Positions 17,383 to 31,816 of a stretch of 64,000 bases of DNA are shown piece after piece. The DNA comes from the human T2T-CHM13v2.0 reference genome, Homo sapiens: NCBI RefSeq assembly GCF_009914755.1, contig NC_060947.1, one strand, 5' to 3'. The first letter of the stretch is position 1. Every line of letters begins with the position of its first letter. Below the pieces are notes generated by a model. The model had not been told where the DNA came from, did not search any database, and was given only the letters and a program-made list of their open reading frames with translations. A program made the position numbers and the translations under genes.

Positions 17383-17676
17383 TTTTTCTTTTTTTTTTTT
17401 TTTTTTGAGACAGAATCTCACTCTGTCGCTCAGGCTGGAGTGCAGTGGCGCGATCTCGGCTCACTGCAACCTCCCCCTTGGGTTCAAGCGATTCTCGTGC
17501 CTCAGCCTCCCAAGTAGCTGGGATTACAGGCACCCACCTGTCACCACACCTGGCTAATTTTTGTATTTTTAGTAGAGACGGGATTTCACCATGTTGGCCA
17601 GGATGGTCTCCTGACCTCAGGTGATCTGCCCGTCTCGGTCTCCCAAAGTGCTGGGATTACTGGCATAAGCCACCAT
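17383..17676 (-). mobile_element. AluS
   Basis: Poly-T followed by an antisense Alu dimer. Confidence 0.9.
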
Positions 17677-17989
17677 AACTATCTGTATGTCTATCTGTCT
17701 GTCTATCTATCCATCTAATTTGAATATAAAAGCTCTCTTTCTCTATGGTTGATCATTGGACCATGGGTTCTCTGCATCTTCATTGAGTTAGGACTTTTTC
17801 ACAGAGATAAACCACCTGAGTGGTATTAGATTAATATTTAGATTGTTTTAGCCACAAACTGACTTCTCAACCTGTACCATAATCATTGGCTTTTTTGTTA
17901 AATGAACTATGAAAAGATAAATAATTCTTTATTGGAGACATTCATTTTATATGATGTATAAGTACACATATAAATCAAACTGTATATCC

Positions 17990-18110
17990 CTCCATCCTAT
18001 TTATTTATTCATCTATCATATCTATCAATCATATATATCATCTACCTGTCATCTATCTGTCTGCGTATCCGTGCATCCATCTATGCTCTCTATCTATTCA
18101 TTCATCCATC

Positions 18111-18141
<31 letters not shown>

Positions 18142-18475
18142 TCTATCTATCTATCTATCTATCTATCTACCTATCATCCATCCATCATCTATCATCTATA
18201 TACCCATCTATCATCCATCTATCTATCTATCATCCATCTATTTATCTATCTATCATCTCTCTGTCAATGCATCTATCTACCTACCTGTCTGTCTCTCTGT
18301 CTCATCTGTCTAATCTGCCTCATCTCTCTCTCTCTCCCTGTCTCTCTCTAACTCATCTATCTATCTAATCTATCTAGTCTATCAATCTATCTATCCACCG
18401 ATGTCATCTACCTATCTCATCTGTCTATCTAGCTATCTATCCATCTGTTGAATCTATCTATCTTTCCATTCATCC
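17990..18475. repeat. Compound (TATC)n/(TATG)n/(TCCA)n microsatellite
   Basis: Read directly. Confidence 0.9.
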
Positions 18476-20014
18476 TTGCCAAATACTTGTTTAGTTTTGG
18501 AGAAAATCAAGCATATTTTTAGTCAGCTACCTACATGAGGAAGTATGGTTAAAACTCAAGCAGCAAACTGATTCATTCTCACTGTGAAATCAACCACATT
18601 GTGCTGTTGTTGTTTCTGCCTTGGGAGCAGGGGGCAGCTTCCAGGGATTCTTATTCATGTTTTTTTCTTCTGCCTCAACTTCTATGCCTGGTATAACGGC
18701 TGGGATTTCCTTTCTCATGTGTGCCATCTTGGCTGTAGTGGCTAGATGGACACTGGCCTGCATTGAATCTATTTTTTTTTCCCTTGTTTGCCCCACCTAC
18801 TATCCAAGTCCCTTAATAGCCATATTACTTTTGTGTCTGTCCCATTTTACCATTAAAAGTCAAGCCACAATTACATCAATATTATGCTACAGCATAATAT
18901 GGGCACAGTCATATCTCCTGATTGGTTGTTCCTGCCTAAGAGCAAACTAAAATTTGAATCTATTTTATTCCTCTTTTTGGTCAACTCATCTTCAAAATTA
19001 TTTCTTTTCTTTCATTTCTCTGTTGCAAAGTCTAATGTCCAAATTAGAAACAGTTCACAGAAGCCCCTAAACAATGAAAATGGGTATTTGCTTCTTTCTT
19101 AGAAAGAAAGACTTTCATTTACATAGCCTGTAGTTGATTGGGAATAGCATGAAGAAGGAATGAGCATGCTCTGTACAATTAGAGGATAAGAAATAGATTG
19201 CAGGTTGACCCAGTTTCTGACTTGCATTGATATTGTATTTCAATATCTTAACACAGTTTCTACCACAACTATCAAATTAAAAATTCATATTTAATCATGT
19301 ACCAAGTTATGGCTAAAACAAATAGGTTATGTCAAACTATTAAACCAAAAGTGTATCAGGGAATAAGTTGGGAAAGCCATCATTCACAAAAATGGCACCA
19401 CTACGTCTTCAAATAGCCACACAGATCAAATTGTTTTGTGATCTTTGTTCTCTTTTTGCACAGTTCTCATAAGTGGGTATTCTTCTGATTCATTCTGATT
19501 CATTATGTTGGGAAACATAATGGAATGAATGCTTACAGTGGCTGCATTTTAGGTAATTAATGATAAAGTGAGATGCAAGTGAAAAAGGTACACCCGCAAG
19601 ATAATATTACAATAGCATGACTGTGCTATTCTTTCTGCAGTTCAATCAATACAGTTTGCTGATTGAACAACTCAACTGCAGGAATTTTCTTCTTGATCAA
19701 AGAGGAAATGATAATTACTTGCATTTTTCATGGATTTAAATCATGACATAGCAACTATTTATTAACCATGGAAAGGAATTCAATTATGATATCAAATCTC
19801 TGTACATGATAAAGGTCTGTATCTCCATCAGTTTATCTACCTCTCTGTGTCTAGGTTTTCTTATCTTTAAATTGGAACTATACTTTCCTTCACCTTATAC
19901 ATTTGTAGTGAAGATTAAAAGTGCAAATTCATATAGCGTATTTTGAATAGACTGGTATAAGATAAATGCTCAAGAAATATTTGCTGTTGCTATAATAATT
20001 ATCATCATCATATG

Positions 20015-20185
20015 CAAGTATATAATATTGTTATATTATTATGTATATTATATTACAAATACTTATATAATACAATATTTATATTATTATATTATAATGA
20101 TATTATTTGTCATTGTATAATATATATTTATATAATATAATTATACATTTGCATAATAATTATATTTATTGTATTATATATAAAA
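20015..20185. repeat. AT-rich low-complexity (TATAA/TTATA) tract
   Basis: Read directly. Confidence 0.75.
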
Positions 20186-22196
20186 GGCAATTGTTATTAT
20201 TACCTATGCTGGTTAACAAAATGAGCAGAATTTCAATTCACATATAGTATTGGCCTCCGTTACTACAAATGGCAAATACAATAGAATCTTTGTGACCTGA
20301 ATTCATTTCCTAGAATACTTGAGGTTAAAAAATATCACTGTAATATTCAGTCTTACAAGCATCCAGAAAATTTGACATCTATCAGCTCTTCTCCTTAAAC
20401 ACATGACAGAAAATGACAAGGGAGATCAGAAAATTGAACTTTTTTGTGTGTGTCATGTTCATTTATCTCCAACAAATAATTAGATTTGTTTGAAAGCACC
20501 TAATTTCCTTGGAGTCAAAATAACTCATCTTAGTTCATTTACAGGATAGGCACCTTTATTTTATCACATACTTGTGAGATTAAAAACCTTTCTATATGTT
20601 ATTTAATGTGAAAGAGTGATTAAGTGGTTTTGTTAGACATAAAATTTTTACATAATGTGATTTTAATGTACAAATACCAGAATTTTTCAGATTCCAAGAA
20701 ATTTGGTACTTAAGATATATCTTAAAATATAAAAAAGATTCTTCACTCAATTAAATAAATGTTATTTTTATATTTTATAAAATTTTTTGGATAAATGTTA
20801 TTCTTTCTGCTAAAAATAAGATGCCATTATTGCTTTAACTGAATGAATTTTTAACTGAAAACAAATCTGTGTAAAACCAAAATAGAGATCTGAGAATAAA
20901 TAGTTGTGAGTTAAAGGGAAAATTATCTTTGTATCCTGTGAAATGCAATATATTATCCAATAAATTTCCAACAAATGGGCAAACATTCTAGAAATGAGTT
21001 TACTGTGTTTAGAGCCCATTATTGTAAATGAAACTAAAGCGTAATTTTAAAAGGGGGAGTGTTGCTTTTTAAGATTCCGCAACCACAAATTGTATTCAGG
21101 TTTTATTATCTAGCTTTAAAAAAAAACGATTACTTTAGAGGGGAAAAATAAATTGTGGTAGTGTCTAATTATAAGAATATATTGAGTAGGAAAAAAAATC
21201 AAGGCTTTTCCTATACTGTTACTTAAGCCACAGAAATTGCTCTTCTAAGGACATTGAGTCTGGTACAAGTGGGCAGAAACCGTGGACTCCAGTTCTATAT
21301 ATCAATAGAGACTCATGCAGCTTTGATATATTATAAATTAATCCCAGACGGTAAACCCTATGCCAAATAGCAACGTTGTCTGAGAGCTACAAGGTTACAA
21401 CCCCAAACTCAGAAATTCATTCAAGTTGTTGCCGTTAATACCGTGTTCGGCTTTCTTTTTCTTTTTCTTTTTTTTTTGGATGGTTAACATTTTTGCTGGT
21501 CAGTTCATAATTTTGCTCAAAATGAGGCTATTATGCAAAACCTACAAAGAAAATTATGTGCATAATCCAGTGAGTAATACTAGCTGAGCACTGATGAATG
21601 TTCCCCTCGCCAATTTCTATTTCCAGGGTCCCTTTTCTTTTCCAAGCAGAATAATAAAACATGTCACAGGACTTCACTAATTGGTATCATTGCTTCTAGG
21701 CCTCTGATTCATGTCTGACTTTAAAAAGCTCTGCAGCAAAGAAAGAGGAGCTGGACTTTGTGGTATGGAATTGTCAAGAATTACTCAGACAAGCTTTCAC
21801 AGCTATTGCTGTTACTCATGCAGCATGTTTTATTACACCCTCTTTCAGACAAATCATTTCACGTTGCTGCCTCCTGTTTTGACTCAATTTCCCTGTAACA
21901 AAAAAGGTAAAAAAACTAAAAACACTTTCCTTCCTTTAAATATTTGGAATGTATTATCTCAATTTGTGAAGGGAAAATAATGATGAGTTTCTTACGCTGA
22001 AAAGGACATATGGAACTTGGAGATAGTTTGCAGTCCAACGCAAACAACTAAGAATCTTTTGTCTAGGGGATGACAGCTAGTTTTTGGTCAAAAGATAGGC
22101 TTATATTAGTACAATCAAATGATGAAGGGCCTCTTCTTTATAGTCTGTTTCTTTATTCAGTACTGCGAACGGTGAGAGTCTTTGGTGGGAGATAAA

Positions 22197-22197
<1 letters not shown>

Positions 22198-22238
<41 letters not shown>
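22198..22238. repeat. (TG)n microsatellite
   Basis: Read directly; about 20 units. Confidence 0.95.
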
Positions 22239-22241
<3 letters not shown>

Positions 22242-22286
22242 ATGTACAGGCAACATTAAGAGGGAGTGTAGTCTGCCTAGTAGATG

Positions 22287-22962
22287 TTTTAATTTTTTTA
22301 ATTTTTGAGAGAGGATCTTGCTCTGTCACCCATGCTGGAGTGCAGTGGTGTGATCTCACTTCACTGCAACCTCTGCCTCCTGGGATCCAGTGATCCCTCC
22401 ACCTCCGCTTCCTCCTGAATAGCTCAGACTACAGACGTGCGCCACCACAACCCAGCTAATTTTTGTATGTTTGTAGAGAAGGGGTCTTGCTTTGTTGCTG
22501 ATGTGGTTTGGCTGTGTCCCCACCCAAATCTCATCTTGAATTGTAGTTTCCATAATCCCGTGTCCTGGGAGGGACACTGTGGGAGGTAATTTAATCACAG
22601 GTGCTGTTACCCTCATATTCTTCTTGTGATAGTGAGTTCTCACAAGATCTGATGGTTTTATAAGGGGCTTTTCCCCCTTTTGCTCTGGGCTTTTTTTGCT
22701 GCCGCCATGTGAAGAAGTTCGTGTTTGCTTCCCCTTACACCATGATTGTGTTTCCTGAGGCCTCCTCAGCCATGTGGAACTGAGAGCTAAGCAAACCTCT
22801 TTCCTTTACACATTACCCAGTCTTGGATATGTCTTTATTAGCAGCATGAGAATGGACTAATACAGTTTTCCAAGCTGGTCTCAAACTCCTGGCCTCAAGC
22901 AATTCTCCCACTTTGGCCTCCCAAAGTGCTGGAACTACAGGCGTGAGCCACTGTTCCTGGCC
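22287..22962 (-). mobile_element. AluJ interrupted by a THE1 LTR
   Basis: Alu halves at 22287-22498 and 22865-22962 are colinear across the LTR. Confidence 0.85.
22499..22864 (+). mobile_element. THE1C/D-like MaLR solo LTR
   Basis: TGATGTGGTTTGGCTGTGTCCCCACCCAAATCTC ... GGACTAATACA termini. Confidence 0.88.
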
Positions 22963-23459
22963 GGCCTAACAGTTTTTATCTGAAACTCTAATAGTTTTCA
23001 ATGGGTCCCAGATAAAGTGAAGGGATTTGATTTTAACTATTTGGAATAGAAAAGTTAATCCTTTGGTTTTTCTACAGAATGAATTTATAATGTATTATAT
23101 ATACCAGAACACCTGTGGGAGAGAAATAACTATAACTCTTATGCTGGAACAAGAGGTGTATACCAGAATTGGCCCAGGCACCTGGAACATACGGTTATCC
23201 AAAGGTTCTACCCTAATTCATAATTGTCAGAAAGACATTTCAAGGACAGGAACTCCAGTATTGGTCTGTGTACAAAATGATGGTCAAATGAACCAATAAA
23301 TGCAAAGATAAAGGGGATGGGAGAGGATGTTTCTGAATCATACATGTTTTAGAAGATAGATTTCAATATCGCAGAACACCATAAACTGTGGATATTAAGT
23401 TTACTACATTCACGCATATATTTTACCCACTTTTGAACTCTGCATTTTGGTACCCCGTA

Positions 23460-23551
23460 ATAGATTATCTATCTGTCATCTATCTATCTATCTATCTATC
23501 TATCTATAACTATCTATTTATCTACCTATCTATCTATCATCTATCTATCTA

Positions 23552-23627
<76 letters not shown>

Positions 23628-23663
23628 CATCCATCTATCTATGTATCTCTTTGTCTACCTATG

Positions 23664-23711
<48 letters not shown>

Positions 23712-23793
23712 AACTATCTATCTATTTATCTACCTATCATCTATCTATCTATCTATCCATCCATCCATCTATGTATCTCTTTGTCTACCTATG

Positions 23794-23830
<37 letters not shown>

Positions 23831-23846
23831 ATCTATCTATCTATCT
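23460..23846. repeat. Compound (TATC)n/(TGTC)n microsatellite with an internal 130-bp duplication
   Basis: ATGTATCTCTTTGTCTACCTATGTTATC occurs at 23641 and 23771. Confidence 0.9.
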
Positions 23847-24329
23847 GTTTTTCCTTCTTTCTGAGTACACATATTGTACTGTTTTCATTTTACTCTCTTT
23901 CATTTCTCCCACTTGATGGATACACTGTCCTGGGACTTGTTTGTTTAAACATGCACTTATTGGTACATCGTTTTGAAGCATATTCTTTACCATTTCTGAA
24001 TTTTATATTGATAGACAATCCCTCATCATTTGGATTGTATGACCTCTTCGTGTTACTGATTGGAACCTAGGTATTAGTCTAATTATTACTTCTGTGTATG
24101 TGATCTGTGACTTTTCTCTGGTTGCAGTTGGGTTTTTATTTGGTCCAATAAACACCCAGTTGTGCTTCTGAGTATCCATTCTGTTGCTACACTGTAATAA
24201 GCATCATTTTCTCTCCTCATGTCTCATTGTTTTGGAGCAATAAAATCATCCTAATAATTTAAGCATGACTTGTAGAGCATGTCTTTCTATCTAAACCTGG
24301 TGCGAATATGTCTTTTCTTTGTTACCTGA

Positions 24330-25325
24330 TGTGATGGTTAATTGTATGTGTCAGCTTGACTGACCTAAGGGATGCCCAGAGAGCTGGTAAAACATTATTT
24401 GTGAGTGTGTCTCTGAGAGTGTTTCTGGAAGAGATTAGCGTTAGAATCAGTAGACTGCGTGATATGGTTTCACTGTGTTCCCACCCAAATCTCATCTTGA
24501 ATTGTAGCTCCCATAGTTCCCAAGTGTTGTGAGAGGGACCTGGTGGGAGGTAATTGAATCACGAGGGGTGGGTCTTTCCCATGCTGTTCTTGTGATAGTG
24601 AATAAGTCTCATGAGATCTGATGGTTTTATAAAAGGGCATTCCCCTACACATGCTCTTTTTTCTGCTGCCACGTAAGACATGACTTTGCTCCTTGTTTGC
24701 CTTCCACCATGATTGTGAGGCCTCGCCAGTCATGTGGAACTGTGAGTTAATTAAACTTTTTGGTTTAATTAAATAAAATCTTGGGTATGTCCTTATAGCA
24801 GCGTGAGAGCAGACAGATACACTGGGTAAAGAAGATCCACCCTCACCAGTGTCAGTAGGCATCATCCAGTTTGTTGAGTGTCCAGCTAGAACAAAGCGGC
24901 AGAAGAAGGGTGAATTCAGTCTCTATTTTTAAGCTAGAATATCCATTTTCTCCTGACCTCAGACATCATCACCCCTGGTTCTCAAGTCTTCAGACTTCGA
25001 CTGAATTACATTACAGGCTTTTCTGGTTCTCAGTTTGCAGTCAGCAGGTTGTGGGACTTCTAAGCCTCTATAACCATGTGGGACACTTAGTATAATACAT
25101 CTTATCTATCTTGCTATCTATCTATCTATTCATCATCTATCTGTTGGCTTATTTATTCATCCATTTTTCCATCCATTCATTCATTCATCTATCATTCATC
25201 CATCCATCTATCCATCTATTTATCCATCTGTCACCCATCCATCCGTTCATCTAGCTAGCTATTCATGTATTCATCTGTCCAATTATCTATCTCCTATTAG
25301 TTCTTTTTCTCTGGAGAAACACATG
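24330..25325 (+). mobile_element. MLT2 (ERVL) LTR interrupted by THE1B and by an internal (TATC/TCCA)n tract
   Basis: TGTGATGGTTAATT start; resumes after THE1; terminal CTCCTATTAGTTCT..CTCTGGAGAA. Confidence 0.8.
24460..24821 (+). mobile_element. THE1B solo LTR
   Basis: TGATATGGTTT ... ATACA termini; 5-bp TSD CTGCG/CTGGG. Confidence 0.88.
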
Positions 25326-25968
25326 ATCACTGGTCTCTTTCCATAGGGCCATGAAGGGGCCACATGCAAGAGAAGGCACATTGGTAAACATGAATATTTT
25401 GCTCAAACAACTTATATCTACTAGACCTGTCTGATCCCTACTTTATACAGCTACTTCCCCTTCATAATGAAGTGTCCGTGGGCTCACTTGTTCATTGGGA
25501 TGGAAATCACGTAATTTCTGATGTGTGCCTCAAGATGCATGACCACACGACTCTGATGGTAAGCTGAACAATTTCTACCAGGACCCTGTAAAAAGCAGGC
25601 AGCTCTTATCCAAAATAAGAAGACTTTGCAAAAATGGCATGGTCTTTCCTTCATACATGAGAGATTTCATTATAATGATCCTAGTGGGGCTTTCCACTAA
25701 TCCTATCAGAACATGACCTGTTATGTGCACTTCACGCAACAGTTAATCTGCTGGGTGACAAAGCTTACAAGAAAGAGGTGTTTGTTCTGTGAACAATACA
25801 AGTGGTGAGCCTTTCTCCCACTGGGCACCATGCAAAGCTAGCCAGCACATAGAGTATGAATATGTATTTCCATTCATTTTTACTTACAGGTGAAATGAAG
25901 TGTATGCTGTATGGTTGTGGATAACTACATATTTCACAGAGGGTTTAGAATACTGATCTTTCTTGCAC

Positions 25969-26349
25969 TGTTATGGGCTGATTTGGGTCTCCCTAAAATT
26001 CATATGTTGAAACACTTATCCCCAAGGGGACTGTATTTAAAGATAGGGCCTTTAAAGAGATAATTAAGCTTAAATGAGATAATTAGGGTGGGCCCTAATC
26101 CAATAGGATTGGTGTCCTTATAAAAAGAGGAGATTAGAACACAAACAAATACAGAGGGCAACCATGTGAGAACACAGGGAGAAGACAGTGTCTACAAGTC
26201 CAGGAGAGAGGCCTTAAGAGGAACCAGTGCTGCCCATACCTTCGTCTTGGGTTTTCAGCCTCCAGAACTGTGAAAAAGCAAATTTCTGGTTTTTTAAAAT
26301 CTACCCAGTCTGTGGTATTTTGATATGGCAGCCTTAGCAAAAAAAGACA
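25969..26349 (+). mobile_element. MLT1A/B-like MaLR LTR
   Basis: TGTTATGGGCTGA start and GGGTGGGCCCTAATCCAATA core. Confidence 0.8.
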
Positions 26350-28216
26350 GGCTTTATCATCCATTCTGTGGCAAGCATCAGTCTTACACATGTATCTCAA
26401 ATATTGCTACATCCTAAGCTTCAGGCCCCATCAGCATCAATGTAGCAGACCAGGGTAAAGAATTGTGAGACAGTGAGGTAGCAAAAATACCTCTAAGACC
26501 TCTGTGGACACACAGAGGCTGAATGTGGCCAAGGTGGTAAAGATGTATTGCTGACACTGTTATGTGAAAGTCAATTGCTTGTAGGGATTGTTGCTTATTG
26601 AGATAGAGAATAAATAAATGGGAAGGAAAATGAAACACAGACATTTGCTACCACCATAGCTATATGCCAGGCACCAGCATTTGTATTGATTTGTTTCTGA
26701 GAAGAGACAGAGAATGTGTCTGAATAGCAGCTGTCACGTGAGCATGGCATGAAACCCTAGTCTGAGCTACTGCGACTTTCCATGAACTTCTTCTGGCTTC
26801 TTCAGTGATGAACATGTTAACATGGGGTGCAAAAGTTACCCCCACGTGTGGTTGGAAATGTGAGTTGCCTCTTTGAACATGTATTCATCTCTTAAAGTTT
26901 ATCGTGTAGAAAAGTAGAAAAGCCTTCTACTTTTCTTCCTGACTGAAGAGCTCAGAAAACTAAACTTACATTTTTCCATCTAATCTTCCAGCCAGATGTC
27001 AAACTTATGTTCTTTGAGTTAAATACACTTGTGTGAGATATGAAAGTAGAGCTGACTTAGGTGATCAGAGAGGCAGGTGTGAGAAATCATTGTGCAGGTG
27101 CAGGTCGTGGCACACATGGCCTTGACCACGTTAGAACCAAGCAGCTTGGGAGGTGGACCAGGCAGTTCCCTGGAAGTAGCTTAATGCTGGCTTCATTGAG
27201 AACCTGCATCTATCAAGGAACTTTGGGACTCAACCCTGGAAGAAGATTCTCACAGCATATTCCAGAACTTCTAACAGATAAAGTGCAAGGTAAACTTAAA
27301 AGTCAAAAAGTCTACTCACAGTCCAAATTGTTCATTAGACCATATATATAAGCCAATTTCCCAAATTTTATTTTATAATTAAAATAGTAAACAAGGAGGA
27401 GGGAGCCTGAAATCTGACATATTTTGTGACACTATGGATTATATTTCAGATACTAAAACGAAGCGCAAACAAATTCTAATGACTAAGTGGCAGGAAATTT
27501 ACATGTACAGTTTTGGTGGTGATCATTTTTGCAGGAAGAAAAAGAAGGAAATCACACAGTTCAACTCACAGCAGATACCCAAATTTTATTTCTGCCATAA
27601 GCTTTTAGCTTTATAAACTGTAATTTATAAACATTTATAAAATGCATAAATATTTACAGCATTTATAAACGTTTGTAAACATTAAACCAGGTAATGTTTT
27701 AGGCACATAATCTTCAGAGTTTTCACTCCACACTATAACATTTATCATTCTCAATAATTCCGCTGGTTGTCGTATGTAGGCTGAATGGAATTGTGGAAGT
27801 TGTATAATTGCCCATTTGTACTTGTGCAAATTGTACATTGTATAAGTACAATTCCTTTGTTGTCACAAAACCTTGGATTACAAATACATATCTGCGTAGA
27901 ATTTCCTCCTAAAATAATACTAACACAGAGAATAATGTTTCTTCTTCTTTCTTTCTGCATATATTGTATCTTATATATGCATTTTGTTTGCTCTTTTCAT
28001 GCTTTAAAAATATCAGTCTCAACTTTAGTCCTTAGAAGCAAGTGCAGAGATTTTTAGGTCAAATTTTAAGAAAATTGAGACAAGTGTATTTTCTTACACC
28101 AGAAATATTTATGGTTATCATATCTGTCACTACAACGTAGGATAAAATATATAAATGCATAGAGCAGATAGTATCATTCAATTCATTATTGGATTTGGAA
28201 TTATTCTTTAATTTAA

Positions 28217-28460
<244 letters not shown>

Positions 28461-28974
28461 TAACTTTGATGGGTAAATGGAATTGTAGAGAAAATCATAC
28501 GGCCTTCACAGTAATAGTTACACTTTCTCCTGTATCAGTGGCTGGATGAAGTCAATCACCTTAGTGGGTGCTTTTCAATTAGTATTTCTAATTCCCACAA
28601 CAATCATGGATTAATTAAGGGCAATCTATTTGTTTGAAAGGAAGAAAATAAGATTTGTGTAATTGGCATAATTTTACACATGTCCAAATTATGATAAGCT
28701 AGGTAATTTGCACAATTCCATTCAGTGTATATGTGATGAATCCAGTCAGTGAATCAACTTCATTTTGATCCAAAACCCACTTTATCCTGGATCATGTTTC
28801 AGAAAAGACGAAGAAAATAAAAGTGTCAAAAAATAGACTTTCAGACATCTGATCACTGGGAAGTCTTGAGAAAGATGCGGGGAATATATGATATACATCC
28901 CAAGTACATAAAGCACAATCAGTATTCAATAATTTATAAATGATACCAGCTGGGCTCCAGTTCTTGGGTAGAAT

Positions 28975-29357
28975 TTTTTTTTTATTTATTATTATTATTT
29001 TTTTTTTGAGGCAGGGTCTCACTCTGTCACCCAGGCTGGAGTGCAGTGGTGCAAACACGGCCCACTACTGCGTCGATTTCCTGGGCTGAAATGATCCTCT
29101 CGCCTTAGCCTCCAGAGTAGCTGGAACTACAGGCATGAGTCACTGCACCTATCCCACCATTTTTTTAAAACATACTACCTATGAAGAGGCACAGGCCACC
29201 ACACCCAGCTATTTATTTATTTATTTATTTATTTTGATAGAGATGGGGGTCTCACTATGTTTCCCAGTCTGGTTTTGAACTCCTGGGCTCAAGCAATCCT
29301 CCCACCTCAACCTCTGAAAGTGCTGGGATTTTTAGATATGAGCCATAACGCCTGGCT
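28975..29357 (-). mobile_element. AluJ/FRAM composite
   Basis: Antisense Alu arms separated by ~35 bp of non-Alu sequence near 29155-29185. Confidence 0.75.
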
Positions 29358-29779
29358 AGAATTCTAGATAATATACAAGAAAGCATTTACAAGAGTGTGT
29401 GATAATCTATGAAAATAGTTTTCAAAATGATTCTCCACTGGTATTTTAAAATAAGATAAATTTTTATCAGTTTGAGGGAGATTGTATTTGGGATCATTTT
29501 TCTGTGGTTCTTAATAACCGCAATGTTCATGTAAAAACCCCCAATAATGTGTTTTTTTTATAACTAGCTTTTGTTTTTGCAAATGCCAGTCTATAGTCTA
29601 GTGCTAATGAAGTATGTGGTTGAAAATGGTATAAACTGAAATTATAGTTTTATGTGAGATTTCTTCTGGAAGCAGTATGTAATAATCTAAATAGTTATTG
29701 CCTTCAGTTTGAAAAGAAATATAAATGTGTGTTCCCAGGTCCTACAATAAGTTGGACTACTGATATAAATGAAAGAAAG

Positions 29780-30431
29780 TTGCTGGAGAGGATGTGGAGA
29801 AATAGGAACGCTTTTACACTGTTGGTGGGACAGTAAACTAGTTCAACCATTGTGGAAGACAGTGTGGCAATTCCTCAAGGATCTAGAAATAGAAATACTG
29901 TTTGACCCAGCTGTCCCATTACTGGGTATATACCCAAAGGATTATAAATCATGCTGCTATAAAGACACATGCACACGTATGTTTTTTGTGGCACTATTCA
30001 CAACAGCAAAGACTTGGAACCAACCCGAATGTCCATCAATGATAGACTGGATTAAGAAAATGTGGCACATATACACCATGGAATACTATGCAGCCATAAA
30101 AAAGGATGAGTTCATGTCCTTTGTAGGCACATGGATGAAGCTGGAAACCATCATTCTCAGCAAACTATCGCAAGGACAGAAAACCAAACACCGCATGTTC
30201 TCACTTATAGGTGGGAATTGAACAATGGGAACACTTGGACACAGGAAGGGGAACATCACACACCGGGGCCTGTCGAGGGGTGGGGGGAGGGGGGAGGGAT
30301 AGCATTAGGAGATAAACCTAATGTAAATGACGAGTTAATGGGTGCAGCACACCAACATGGCGCATGTATACCTATGTAACAAACCTGCACATTGTGCACA
30401 TGTACCCTAGAACTTAAAGTATAAAAAAAAA
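29780..30431 (+). mobile_element. 5'-truncated L1PA4-6 3' end
   Basis: ORF 29769-30221 is the ORF2 C-terminus ([16 protein letters not shown]...LIGGN); 3'UTR GTAAATGACGAGTTAATGGG; A-tail. Confidence 0.93.
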
Positions 30432-31816
30432 GACCCAAAAAAGTAAAAAAGCAAAATGCAAATAGGTCTCTTTTTTTTTTTTTGCTTCCATGACTATTAT
30501 AAAGATTTCTAAAGATTTTTTTGACACCAAGCCAACTAGTTGGAAAGGTATAAATTCAATTCATATCTGATATTTCTAGCAATACCTTTAAAAAATATGT
30601 ATAGCTCCTATGAAAGTGACCTTCTAGATAACTGATTTTACATAAGGTATGCATACTTTCGTGACCTTCTGTATAATCGATTTTTTCTTAAGGAATGCAT
30701 GTTTTCTAATATATCAGATTTGAAACCTACCATTTGACTAATATGGGTAATTTGACTAGTTAACAACTGAACAAAAATAATCAAAACATATTAACATAGC
30801 CACCTTTTCAAACAACTTATGTTCTTGGTTCAGAGCAATCATATATCAGCAATTAGGTGATCATATCCATGTAATAAACTGGAAGAAAGGGAAGAAAACA
30901 AGACAATGCTCTATAATTTTGGGATACGTGGGTGTTTGTGATAAAGTTGACTTGCCCCAATAGAAATTTCACAGATTGTTTGTACTTCAAAAACAGATTG
31001 GAAGACTAATTTATAACATGGTAGTTTTTCACTTGACCTATAACTAGTTTTCACAGCAATGCAAAGAAAACATTTCTACAAGTAAACAGCTACTTTTTTT
31101 TCCTTGCGTTTTTGACACTGGTATTTATCTCTATTTTTATAACAGACAAAAGGATCTATGGGAACAACGTGGAAGTAGGACACCCATGGATGACTTCCTA
31201 TTCATGAAGCTGATGGAAGAATAAAAACATAATTAATTATATAAGCAGGGTATACTTTTAGCATGAAGGGAATCTGAAAATTACAGCTTACCATCAAATT
31301 AATGAAAATCTAAAGAATAAAAAGCACGATGAAAGGGATGACTTATAGATTTCAATTATTATTTGGTGGAGATTATATGCCTTCATTAGGAATAGCCTTT
31401 GACATGTGAGCAGAAAATCTCCTTTCAAAAAATTTTAAAGTGAGTTCTTAAGTAAAATGAACCCTGTAAGTCACACTTTACTATCAAACTGAAGGGATCT
31501 CCTTTTGACTGTGGGTTTCACACATTTGTCACTCAGAAGGTAAATGAGTGGAGAAAAATCACATAGAGAATCAGAGAATGATGGATTACCACAGATACTA
31601 CATCTGATATTATTGATATTTTCTCAAGCAAAGTAAATTATCATGATAGAGTCATTTTAGGTAATATTTAATTAACAACCTTACTTAATTCAAATAATTT
31701 AAGGTATACAAGTTTGAAGTTAACATGACAGTGAAGCATATATCAACTAGTTATTACATGTTTTTTAAAATGGTATTTTCTTCTTCATTGATTGGCCAAA
31801 TTGACTAATGAGTAGT

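Noticed and set aside
17951-18368. YLSI-rich ORFs (also 23388-24070, 55389-55655, 59084-59405)
   Set aside because: These are translations of (TATC)n microsatellites.
30421-30465. Possible second 3' transduction after the truncated L1
   Set aside because: No convincing TSD delimits it; A-rich flank or a decayed tail explains it equally well.
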